A stretch of DNA of 63,288 bases, counting the filler, from Saprolegnia diclina VS20 (taxonomy: Eukaryota): the NCBI RefSeq assembly GCF_000281045.1. It is 4 parts of 3 records of this genome, joined end to end, with 100 filler letters (N's around TTAATTAATTAA, not from the genome) between each part and the next. Parts side by side here need not be neighbours in the genome. Positions count along the whole stretch, not along the records: positions 24,794 to 43,976 come from NW_008246165.1; 3 more parts are not named here. One strand, 5' to 3'. Position numbers and translations under genes: made by a program. Positions 25,112-37,643 of this stretch are shown here, piece after piece (positions within the stretch are counted from its first letter, which is position 1; the number at the start of each line of letters is the position of its first letter). A model generated the notes under the pieces. That model worked only from the letters and a program-made list of their open reading frames with translations, searched no databases and was not told the origin of the DNA.

Positions 25112-26722
25112 ATGTCGGGCTTGAAGACGGCGTTTCGCCACTACCAGCAGTACTTGAAGGCGCCCGTGCCGGGTTGCAGCATCGCGCACGTCGACGACAA
25201 TATCTTCCACGTGAGCACGCGCCTCGTCGACGGTATCTTTTGCGGCATCTCAGTGCACTGGGAGCTCAAAATCCCGCCGTCGTACCCGCACTCGCCGCCG
25301 TTCGGACGCGTTCTGCCCGACTATGCTTTTACGAACGAGTACCACTCGCACGTTTTTCCGGACGGCATCTGCGTCGACGTACTTGCCAACCACGAGTACA
25401 TGCACCAGAGCGCGTCTCGGTACGGCGGCTGGACGCCCAGCAGCAACCTGACGCTGCTCATGATCTACATGCAAGCCTTCTTGGCCGACCCCGACTATAG
25501 CATGCCGTCGGCCGCGGCCATTGCGCGGCTCCGAACCATGGACGCAGCGTACACGTGCGCCGTCTGCGGCCACGACCCCGCGACGATCAAGCTCGAAGAC
25601 ACGGACGAGGTTGAGTCAGAGACCAAGACGCTGACGCCGCACCTCGAGCGCGTCCGCCGCGAGATGGTGTGTCCGATCCGGATGGAAAACCTCGTCGAGC
25701 ACAACGTGCGGCTCGGGTACCCACTGCGGGTCGACGCAACGCAGCGCCGCATCCAGATCTATCTCTACCCCGAGATCATGTCGCGGGATGCATTTGACGA
25801 AGCTTTGGACGCTGCGACGACGCGACATGTGCCTCTGCGCACGCCGACGGGGCAGAGCTACACGGACTGGCTGCCATTGTACTTGCACCCGTCGCACTTT
25901 GCACGCCACGGCCGCAACGTCTTTGCGCCCGTCGGCACCATGTCGTATCTGGACGTACTGCTCCGCGCGATGAACTCGCAGATCGTGGCCGTCATGCAGG
26001 GCAACGAGCACGAGTCCGAGGCCGCGATCATCGCGTACGCCAACGTGCTGCGCCTTGCGAAAGCGTACCTCGCCGCGATGCCGTCCGCGCAGGCGACGCT
26101 CAATAGCCAAGTGGCGTCGTTCGTGCGGACGCCATCGCAGCGGCTCAAGGCGGCGGTGCCGGACCTCGGCGAGTTCTTCATCAAGATCTGCCTCTCGAGC
26201 TCGCGCAACCACGACTTTTCGAATGCTGACACAAAGGCCGCGCTCTTTGGCGAGCACTTTGCGCGCCAAGTGCGCTGGATCCGGCAGGCCGACGCGGCGT
26301 GCGTCGACTTTGGCTCCGAGTGTCCGAACCGCCTCGGTCGGCTCTTTGCGGCGAGCGAGACCTCGAACCGCATGCTCACGTTTGCGATCGAGATGTCGCG
26401 CACGTTTGGCGGCGCCGACTTTGGTACACATATGGACGCGCACTACGGCCTCCCGCCCAGCGCGGTGCTCAGCGCGTTCCAAGACCGCATCAAGCGCATC
26501 AAGTCGAGTCTGACCAACTACAACATTTTGATGCAGGCGTGGGGCTACAGCGACCAGATCCAGTCGCCCGACGCGATGCTCGCCGTCTTGCGCGCGGCTG
26601 TCGACCAGTCGGCGCGCGCCGGGTACGACGTCTCGGGGCATCGCAGCCAAGCCAATGGTCCGCGAGGCGGCCACAACCACAGCCAGCGTGGTCGAGGTCA
26701 CAACCAGAATCGTCGGTATTAG
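25112..26722 (+). CDS. large ubiquitin-conjugating enzyme (E2/UBC) domain protein with uncharacterised C-terminal domain, intronless
   Basis: ATG 25112. UBC fold DDNIFH..GIFCG..HWELKIPPSYPHSPP..YHSHVFPDGICVDVL..GWTPSSNLTLLMIYMQAFL with catalytic Cys; CAVCGH; C-terminal DWLPLYL and VPDLGEF segments. Confidence 0.85.
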   Translation: MSGLKTAFRHYQQYLKAPVPGCSIAHVDDNIFHVSTRLVDGIFCGISVHWELKIPPSYPHSPPFGRVLPDYAFTNEYHSHVFPDGICVDVLANHEYMHQSASRYGGWTPSSNLTLLMIYMQAFLADPDYSMPSAAAIARLRTMDAAYTCAVCGHDPATIKLEDTDEVESETKTLTPHLERVRREMVCPIRMENLVEHNVRLGYPLRVDATQRRIQIYLYPEIMSRDAFDEALDAATTRHVPLRTPTGQSYTDWLPLYLHPSHFARHGRNVFAPVGTMSYLDVLLRAMNSQIVAVMQGNEHESEAAIIAYANVLRLAKAYLAAMPSAQATLNSQVASFVRTPSQRLKAAVPDLGEFFIKICLSSSRNHDFSNADTKAALFGEHFARQVRWIRQADAACVDFGSECPNRLGRLFAASETSNRMLTFAIEMSRTFGGADFGTHMDAHYGLPPSAVLSAFQDRIKRIKSSLTNYNILMQAWGYSDQIQSPDAMLAVLRAAVDQSARAGYDVSGHRSQANGPRGGHNHSQRGRGHNQNRRY

Positions 26723-28094
26723 TGTCTGTCGTGTGTAATTAATGAATTCATTGTGGAATATGTCTTCTTCTTGAACCGGTTGACCTCGGCGCCACGGTTG
26801 TCTCTTGAAAGAGCCGCTCGTCGGTCCAAGGTCGAGGCGTTGGGTCCAGAGCCATGGACCGTGGTGGCGCCTTCTGAAGCGAGTATACTGTAGGACAGGG
26901 TCAGAGCAAGGGAACGTGGCAGCGCGGTGTGGCCTCCGGTTCATGTGGACGATGATTGGTGGAATATCTGCATGTCCGGATAGACGTGAAAAAAGTGAAA
27001 ACAAATTCCCACACGTGTGAAAACAATTGCCACCCTGGCATTTCCACAACCGTGAATACGATGGAGGACAAGACCAAGCCGTCGCTCCGGTCAGTCATCA
27101 ACAACCTGCAGTCGTGCCTGGACGAGATGCTGCCGGACCAGCTGCGCAACGAGTCGGCGACCGTCTTCCAGCAGCACCGTGCGTCGCACAGGCTCTCCGT
27201 CGGTGCCTCATACATGCCATACTGTACGTACTAGTAGTCACGACGCAGCGGCCCGTCCGAGCTGCATGCAATGGTGCATGACTTGTGCATTTGGCGTTTG
27301 GACTATGGAATGTGATGGTGGTGGAATGACATGCTGCAGGCGATGGGCAGGTGCGCACCGATTTCGGTGGAAAGTACTGTCGGGTGCGCCCGTTCCTCTG
27401 CACTTGCCACGTCATCGTGGGCCAAAGCGCGCTGGGAGGGCCATCGACGTCGACGCAAAGCCAATCCGATCGCGGCATCTGATCCCAGCGGTCATCATGG
27501 TGCAACGCTTGGCGCAGCCACTCAATACGCCGACGCCTTCGTGAGCGCGGCCTGTCACTCACGAGTCCCATAGACACGAAGCAGTCTGTCCCAGCCTTCC
27601 GCTACCTCTTGCTACTGCATGCATCGCTCGACGACCTACCATACATAGTACTAGTAGTGATGGACCTTGCTGGCATCGTCCACGACGCATCCTCATACAT
27701 CGGATTACGAAAGCCTTCTGCGATTGACTTCAACATTGAGTGGTCCTGCAGCCAGTGCTTGATTTCTCGCGTGAGAAATCCAGCCGCGCGTTCTTGTGGT
27801 GCCAAGAGCGCCTGGGTATCGTTCTTCCGAGGTCCTCTCACATTTAATACCTGGTCGGCGCCGAGGGCAGAGTAGCAGCCACTTGCCTACGTCGCTCGAC
27901 GTACGTACTCGGCCCACGGCCTTGCCTAGCCGCCTCGGTGCTGCCTACACCCTTCCGTGCGTCGTGTCGCGGCTGCATAGAGCGACGTCGGCCATGGCCG
28001 TCGCACGCCGATTTCCGGATAAAATTAGCTGCAAATCTTGCAATAGAATCCAATGGATTTATTTAATCTTCGGTTTTGTATGCCGTCATGTTGA

Positions 28095-30002
<1,908 letters not shown>

Positions 30003-30384
30003 GCGCCTTGTAGTTCTAGTAATGTAATAGCACCTCTGCACCCCTATTCCTTGTCTCTCGACCATGTTCCCTCGACGCGGTCATGGCGTTCGATGCTTGA
30101 TGCCGAATCTAGCGTCCACTGCGGCAACAAGTGCTGCGGCGATGGCATTGAGCTCGCTGGGACTGATGGTTACAAAGCAGAGATACGCCTCCTCCAGCAT
30201 GCAGGTGCAGTCGAATCTTGCAGGACCCATCGCAGCCAAGCCAAGAAGACGTGGTCGATACTCTGGACTACATGGCGGCCAGAATCTCCTCCTACCTCCT
30301 ACCCTCAACTTCCCCGACTGCTTCGCACACTTGAATGAACTTCGCACGATCGATGTGTCGGGCTCACTCGATGCGAAGTGCACG

Positions 30385-32430
30385 TTACACGTGGCACGTG
30401 CCACGTACAAGTAATGCCGCAAATAGTGCAATTCGGCATCGCTTTGGACACGAGTTTCGAGCGCTGTAGGCCGCGCACGACGGTGCAACTTGGTGCTCCG
30501 TGCTATACAAAGCAAGCTCAATCACTCTACCACGGATGAGCCATTTTGTATTTTGACCGACGTTGGCCATCAAATCGCAATCGCGAACGTATCGCGACAA
30601 CTTGCGTGTTATTAGCCACATTATCCGGATATCGGTGCAGCATCACCAGGTCGCGCGATCGACCGTTGTGCGTTCGAAAACGAAATGGCCAAACCTTGGC
30701 ACAGTGGTAAATAACGCTTTGGAGAGCATGTAAAGCGAGGTCGCATCGACGTACGAGGCGTACAGCCGCCGCGAGACGCGATCCAAGATGCGCGCCAAAC
30801 TAAGGTCGTAGTGGCATCGTAGCGGCACAACGCACGCCAAACAAAGATCGTAGTGCCATCTTAGAGGCAGGACGCCACGACGCCGACGCCGCTTGCCGAC
30901 AACATCACATTTGAAACGGAATCGCCCAAAGCTCGTACAGTGATAGAAGACACTTTGGAAAGCGGAGCAGACTGCGATACGTCGTCGTTACCGTCGTACA
31001 ACGCGCGCAATTGTCGACTACAAATACAAAGCGCTCTTAAAAGGTTAAAATGCAAATGACTGCATGGGCACGCCGTTGGCGTCGTCTTCTGCACTTGTAG
31101 CAACGGTCTCCCCTTCCAGCGGATCAAGATTGCGATTCCTAGCACCATTCGTGGATTTACGATGTCCAGCACATTATGTGGAGCGTTTGGAAAGGCTTGT
31201 AGCTCACAATGCTCGGGCTTTCGCACTCGCAGTGATCTAGTATCACAACACGAGTGATGGTATTTATGCGCCCTCGTATGTCAGAGGTCGCGAAATATCG
31301 ATTTCTATGACGTGGCACTCGGAGAATGTCCCATTTCGGCGCAACCGTTCAATGGTGTAAAAACAAGTGTAAAAGCGAGCACGACAAAGGCGAAACGGAG
31401 TGCTTTTACCAGAGAAGGATAGCAGCCTTGAGCGCTGCTCATTCCGCAATTTGCGCTGCAGGGCCTCGGCCGCACGGCACCGCGTCGCACGGCAGTGCGG
31501 TCGCAAGCGGGCGTCTTGTCGACTGTGGACGGTCTCGTGTGGCCGAGGTCCTTCTTTCGCCGCGCATCTCTGCGCTACAGGACGTTGGCTTGCCAGGTAC
31601 GCAAAGATCGCAGCGTCTTCATGCAGCATGCGAGCTTGGGTCTGCGTCGTCGAGGATCGATGATCACCACTCTCGATTGAATTGATGGTATCCGAAACGT
31701 GTTGAGCAGCGTCGCAGCCATCGAGCGCCTGCATTAGTAGCTTGGCGTAGGTGGGTACTTGCGCGCAAGAGGCTTGCGGAGCTGTCGCATCCGTATTGNN
31801 NNNNNNNNNNNNNNNNNNNNNNNNNNNNNNNNNNNNNNNNNNNNNNNNNNNNNNNNNNNNNNNNNNNNNNNNNNNNNNNNNNNNNNNNNNNNNNNNNNTT
31901 ACACGTGGCACGTGCCACGTACAAGTAATTCGTAATGCCGCAAATACAGTGCAGTTCGGCGTCACTTTGGACAGAAGTTTCGAGCGTTGTAGGACGCGCA
32001 CGACGGTGCAACTTCGTGCTCCGTGCTATTCGAAGCAAACTTAATCACTCTACGACGTATGAGCCATTTTGTATTTTGACGACGCTGGCCATCAAATTGC
32101 AATCGGGAACGCACCGCGACAGCTTGCTTGCGTGTTATTAGCCACATTATCCGGATATCCGGTGCAGCATCGCGAGGCCGAGCGGTCGACCGCTTTGCGT
32201 TCAAAAACGAAATGGCCAAGACTTGGCACAGTAGTAGAGGACCTTTGGAGAGTACGGAATGCGAGGTCGCATCGACGTACGAGGCGTACAGCGGTCGCGA
32301 GACGCGATCCAAGATGCGCGCCAAACTAAGAATGTAGTGCCATCTTTGAGGCTTGATGCACTCTAAACTAAGTTCGTTGTGCTATCTTAGAGGCAGGATT
32401 CCATGACGCCGACGCGCTTGCCGACAACAC
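30385..32430. repeat. repeat module A, diverged copies at ~30385-31230, ~31899-32430, ~38520-38800, ~39810-40378
   Basis: Shared blocks ttacacgtggcacgtgccacgtacaagtaat and gacgcgatccaagatgcgcgccaaactaag..gtagtgccatcttagaggcagga. Boundaries approximate. Confidence 0.85.
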
Positions 32431-32900
32431 TATGTGAGGTATACAGTCGACGCGCCGAGGCAAACGTTGACAGCGACAACATCGAGCGTTGTGCGAGGAA
32501 TGCGACGATGGCCTCGACCGTGTCGCGCTCGAGGCGTCGTGTCGAGTTATCCGGATACATAACCGGACATCAATAGGGAGGGCAGGTGCTGTGCCGAAGA
32601 TCGCAGGGAGCGCGCCGACGACGATGACGCCGAGGCCCAAATTCCACGATGACCAGCGAGCGACATGGCAACGAGACACGCCGCCGCCAGCGCAGTAGTG
32701 GGCGCTGTGCGCGCGCGGCGTCGCGTTCGGACCGCGCGCGACACCTCGCGGCGCAGAGACTAATGGCGCTCATCACGAGCGTCTCACACTTGACGTCCTG
32801 CTGCTTGCACACGGCAGCCAGCAACAAAACTGCCGCGACGACATCCCAAACCCCTCGCCCGCTGCGAATCTTTCGCCCAACGTGGCCTCCGATGCGCTCT
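32430..32900. repeat. repeat module C, diverged copies at ~32430-32900, ~34727-35400, ~41281-41930
   Basis: Shared tgaggtata..gtcgacgcgccg..caaacg.tgacagcgacaac.tcgagcgtt.gtgcgagga and gcgtcgcgttcgga.cgcgc. Boundaries approximate. Confidence 0.85.
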
Positions 32901-33863
32901 TTGATTGAGGTGGCAAGCTAGTGAAACAGATTTTTCTTAACGTTTGCGCAGGCTGCGCCGTCTTCATAGCGCTGAGCCTTTGAGCTCCATCGTCAGTCCA
33001 CGGTCGTTTGGATCCGGCCACGCTTCTGGAAGCATTGGCCGACCTCAGCGCCGCGACGTCGATGGCTTTTTTAGTCAATTGTACACAGTGCACGCCCAAG
33101 CACGAGACAGAAAGGCCGGCGCTAGCTCGCGCATCCAGCTGCTGCAAGTCCTCGACGCGTCCAAGGTCAGCCGTTGGCCCAGGCCGCGCTTTCGACGCTC
33201 CTGCCTACTCTCGGGTCGTAAACGACCTCGCGCCACCGGCCGCTAAGGCGCCCAAGGACGAAAACGACGACGATGGAGAGGACGACGATGAGATAGTGCC
33301 GACGGTGCACGACGAAGTTGACGATCTCTTCTATTTGGTGCCGGGTCTCACGAACGCCACGGTCGCGTACCTCGAAGCCAAGCTCTACGCTCCATTGTGC
33401 TGTGGTCGAAGTTGTTGCAGCGGCCGGTACGACAGGCGTCGTGACGGCGCTTGGGTTTGCGGAAGCTGAGATTTTCGCAGCGGAAGCGGAGCTGCTGGGA
33501 CGATGTCGGCGGCCGCTGTCGCCAACAGGGGCGCTGTTGCGGCTGAGTCCCTCGTCGCCGTGCTTCACTCATTTGGCGTCGTTGGTCTCGGACTTGCGGG
33601 GGCTCTGTCGTGGCGGCCATTGGTGCTGCCATTGCGGGTCCGTTCGTCGTCTGGTTTCTCTGGTGGCAGAACTCACGCCGCTGGATGTAGCGTCGTCGCT
33701 AATGCACTTGAGAGTGTGTCATCAGTGCACTTTCCCTTGCTGCGCGCATTGCGTCATCCACGGAGCCTCGCGGCGCTTCACTATCACTCGTACTGTACGT
33801 GCTGGACTGCATCCAACCGAGAGTGGAGGCGTTGCTGGGAAGACAAACATGCAACAAGGCGGG

Positions 33864-34290
33864 TCGGCCCCAGGTGTAGAGGTCGAGGCGTTCCACTTAA
33901 ATTCGAGCTCGAACGGACAGCGGGTTCAAATCCAGCTGCGCGCATGCAAATTCAATTGGCCGACCTCCTGCCTCTGCGCGGTGTACCCAATCGGAAGCAC
34001 CGCCGTGGCGTAACCCGTCGGGAATGGCCAAGAGGACGTCACTTAGCCTCGAAGGAAATCCTCTCACAACAAACACCAAAACACGCACCATCGCCAAAGA
34101 CGCCCGCCTCTCAACGCACCGTGTAACAAAAACAGAAAATGTACTAGTAGGACTCATTCCAACAACATGCATGCAAAATTACAGATCCAAAGCTTCATTT
34201 GCTCTTAGGGATGCTGAAATGCACATGGGGTGGTGCCACGCAGCGCGCACACTTACTTGCCCGGGTGGAGGCCGAGCTGGCCCGGCGACG
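33864..34290. repeat. 427-bp near-identical duplication (second copy 40377-40803) containing the stop codon and 3' flank of the solute-binding-protein gene
   Basis: tcggccccaggtgtagaggtcgag...gagctggcccggcgacg at both sites, offset 6513, few mismatches. Confidence 0.92.
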
Positions 34291-34626
34291 GCTCACCCGT
34301 GACTTCGCCAAAGTACAAGGCAAACGTGGCCTTGAGCGCTTCGATGTTGGCGCGGTCCTCCATCCACGACTGGAATGCGAGCGAGTTGGCGCGCTGAATG
34401 TCCCAGGGCTGGACGCCGCTGGGCGGCAGCAAGTCCGTGCGCGGCGAGAAGCCATTCATGACGGTCGATTGAACCTCCTTGGAGACGATCCAGTTGACAA
34501 AGAGCTTGGCGGCCGCGGGGTGCGGCGCCTCCTTCAGAATCGCGATGCGCTGGCCCCACGCAAGGTAATCGGACGACGAGTTGGCACCCGTGATCTCCTT
34601 GACCGAAGCCGGCATGGGCGAGGGGG
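34253..34626 (-). CDS. bacterial-type ABC periplasmic solute-binding protein (Fe3+/thiamine/polyamine class), C-terminal part
   Basis: YLAWGQRIAILKEAPHPAAAKLFVNWIVSKEVQ..FSPRTDL..LYFGEVTGEPSPG, stop at 34253-34255; 5' side bounded by an N gap. Confidence 0.8.
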
Positions 34627-36433
34627 NNNNNNNNNNNNNNNNNNNNNNNNNNNNNNNNNNNNNNNNNNNNNNNNNNNNNNNNNNNNNNNNNNNNNNNNNN
34701 NNNNNNNNNNNNNNNNNNNNNNNNNNCGTCTACGTGCTGTGAGGTATATAGTCGACGCGCCGAAACAAACGCTGACAGCGACAACCTCGAGCGTTTGTGC
34801 GAGGAGTGCGGACGATGGCCTCGACCGTGTCGCGCTCGTGGCGTCGTTTCAAGGCATCCGGATAAACAGCTGGACACCATAGCAAGGGCAATACATTTCA
34901 AAATGGGCGCCACGACGAGCCGAGAAACGCCGCCGTAGCATTGGGCGCTGCGCGCGCGGCGTCGCGTTCGGAGCGCGCTCATCTTCTCTCATTGCCGAGG
35001 CAAGCGTCACTCATCTCGAGCGCCTCGCGCATGACGCCCTGCTGCTTGCACACGGCAGCCAGCACCGAGACCGCTGGCGCGCGGCGACCTCTCGCCGCCG
35101 CGAACCTCTCACTATGCGGTGCGTCAGATGCGATCTCTACTCGATTTCAATCGAGCGGAGCTTTCGGCCTCAGCAGCCACTTACAGTGGCCGCGCGCCTA
35201 TGGTCGTCGTCGTACTTGGCACTTACATTGTTCTCCAAGGCGTCGTCGCTGCGCTCGCTCGCGTTTGGCGCAAGGTAGCACACGTCTTTAGCGCTACTTG
35301 GGTCTCACAGATTGATTAGGTTCCGTGTTTGCCCGAGACACACGAGCTCTGGATTTTTGCGCTTTTTCCGCGCCTTCTCGTGGTCGCACCACCCGCTTGT
35401 CGGGCACGGCGCGCGCAAGTATGCCATTGTGAGCTATTCCTCGACGCGCCCCAAGGATCGGTTCGTGTCGACCTCGTGTCGTCGCATCGAAGGCGCCCAA
35501 AGATGATGAGATTGTGCGCGACCACGTCGACGACCATTTCACGCGGCGCCGGGTCTCACGGATGCGTACAGGCCAAGCCAAGCTTCACACCGCATCGTAC
35601 CTTGGGCGCGCAGTGTGCTATTGCGACGCTTCTCGCGTTTGGTGGCGACGGCATGGGCGAAGCGCTCCTCTTGAGCAACCTCATTCAGTCGCACGTGGCC
35701 ACGACGCTCGAGACACCAACAATTACCAACGTTTGAAGCGGCGACACCGACATTGGCTGCGCGCGGACGACGCTCTGTACACCAAGACGTAGAAGGCCGC
35801 TTGGAGGCGCAGATGTGTGAAAATCTCGCGCGGAAGTGAGCCGCCGACCCGAGCGCGACAACCAAGAAGGTCGAGAACGACAAGCAAGAGCTCGAGGCGC
35901 TTCGGCAGCGCTTGTTGCGCAAGAGCATGCTCGCGGTCACGCCTGCGCCGATCGAGTACNNNNNNNNNNNNNNNNNNNNNNNNNNNNNNNNNNNNNNNNN
36001 NNNNNNNNNNNNNNNNNNNNNNNNNNNNNNNNNNNNNNNNNNNNNNNNNNNNNNNNNNNNNNNNNNNNNNNNNNNNNNNNNNNNNNNNNNNNNNNNNNNN
36101 NNNNNNNNNNNNNNNNNNNNNNNNNNNNNNNNNNNNNNNNNNNNNNNNNNNNNNNNNNNNNNNNNNNNNNNNNNNNNNNNNNNNNNNNNNNNNNNNNNNN
36201 NNNNNNNNNNNNNNNNNNNNNNNNNNNNNNNNNNNNNNNNNNNNNNNNNNNNNNNNNNNNNNNNNNNNNNNNNNNNNNNNNNNNNNNNNNNNNNNNNNNN
36301 NNNNNNNNNNNNNNNNNNNNNNNNNNNNNNNNNNNNNNNNNNNNNNNNNNNNNNNNNNNNNNNNNNNNNNNNNNNNNNNNNNNNNNNNNNNNNNNNNNNN
36401 NNNNNNNNNNNNNNNNNNNNNNNNNNNNNNNNN

Positions 36434-36930
36434 CCGAACCGCAAGACGACGGACGCGATGCAAGCGCTGCAGTCGATGAAGTTTTTGCACTTGATCGATG
36501 CCCGTGCTTTTGCGCGGCTTGACGGACCGCATCTCGGGTACAAAGAAGGCTGCACTTATTTTCGACAACATGTGCTCGATGGTCAACGACGCCAAGGACC
36601 TCGCGCCGCACCTCGACACTATCTGCATGCAGACGCTGCTGCTCGACTCGATTCCTGAGTGCCGCACGGTTGCGTCCAAAGCCCGTGGTATGCTCGTCAA
36701 GGGCCAAAGCCACTTCCCGCACCTCGTGCCACGGGCAGCATGCCATAAAGCGTTTGATGTCTTCCACAAGAGCATGGGCTACCGGTCGATCGACGAGCTC
36801 ATTCCCATTCCACGCCTCCTCAAGCGTATCATGTCGGTGGACGACCTCGTCCAAGAGTGCTCAAGGTCAAATCGCGCGCGGTGCTTCCGTACCTCGCACC
36901 GCACCTGCTCACGACGCCAACGGCCTTGAC
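36434..36930 (+). pseudogene. GCN1: GCN1 HEAT-repeat fragment, frameshifted (copy 1)
   Basis: PNRKTTDAMQALQSMKFLHLIDA / VLLRGLTDRISGTKKAALIFDNMCSMVNDAKDLAPHL..LLDSIPECRTVASKARGMLVKG, broken across frames. Confidence 0.75.
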
Positions 36931-37153
36931 CAAAGTCCAAGTGATCATGTCCGTCTCGGGTGCAGTGCTGCATCGCGATATGGACTGCCTCTGCAAATCA
37001 GCACGTTGAACCTCTCTCCATCACTAGCGACTTGTAGTGGGCCGTTGAAAATANNNNNNNNNNNNNNNNNNNNNNNNNNNNNNNNNNNNNNNNNNNNNNN
37101 NNNNNNNNNNNNNNNNNNNNNNNNNNNNNNNNNNNNNNNNNNNNNNNNNNNNN

Positions 37154-37610
37154 AGACGGCGTGCGAGAGCCACGTGCCATCCGGGTCGGTGAAGCCGTCG
37201 TAGATGTTGCTAAAACCGTTGGGCTTGTACTGGAGGAGCTTCTCTTGCTTCTTCCAGCGAGGGTAGTCGTTGAGCGTCTGGAGCGCGACGACGTCCGCGA
37301 CGAGCGTCTGGGTCTCGATCTGGTTGTCGATACGAACGTTGTGGTACTTGCTGTAGTCGACGATCATGGTCAAGTTGAGATCCGGGAACGTAGCCCGGAA
37401 GGCATCAGCGACGAAGTCCTGCTGCGTGGCGTGGTCGCCGCCGTGGTAGACCACGAGATTGCCGCCTTCCTTGCGCGCTTCTTCGTAGAGCTCGGTGAGG
37501 GACTTGGTCTCTTCTGCGACCGCCGAAAGCGACCCGTGGCCCGCTCGGAACGATGCGCTGGTTGTCGCGACGACGAGGGCGAGAACTGGGAAGACGTGGA
37601 AAAGCTTCAT
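37154..37610 (-). CDS. bacterial-type ABC periplasmic solute-binding protein, N-terminal part with signal peptide
   Basis: MKLFHVFPVLALVVATTSA signal peptide; LTELYEEARKEGGNLVVYHGGD..AFRATFPDLNLTMIVDYSKYHNVRID..DVVALQT..LLQYKP..DPDGTW; ends at an N gap. Confidence 0.85.
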
Positions 37611-37625
37611 ACTTGGGGTTTGGGA

Positions 37626-37643
37626 GAAAATCAAACAATGAGG
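37626..37643 (-). promoter_or_regulatory. oomycete INR/FPR core promoter of the solute-binding-protein gene
   Basis: Minus strand CCTCATTGTTTGATTTTC, about 15 nt upstream of ATG 37610. Confidence 0.6.

Noticed and set aside
35539..37203. Long ORFs spanning N runs
   Set aside because: They are open only because N codons contain no stops.
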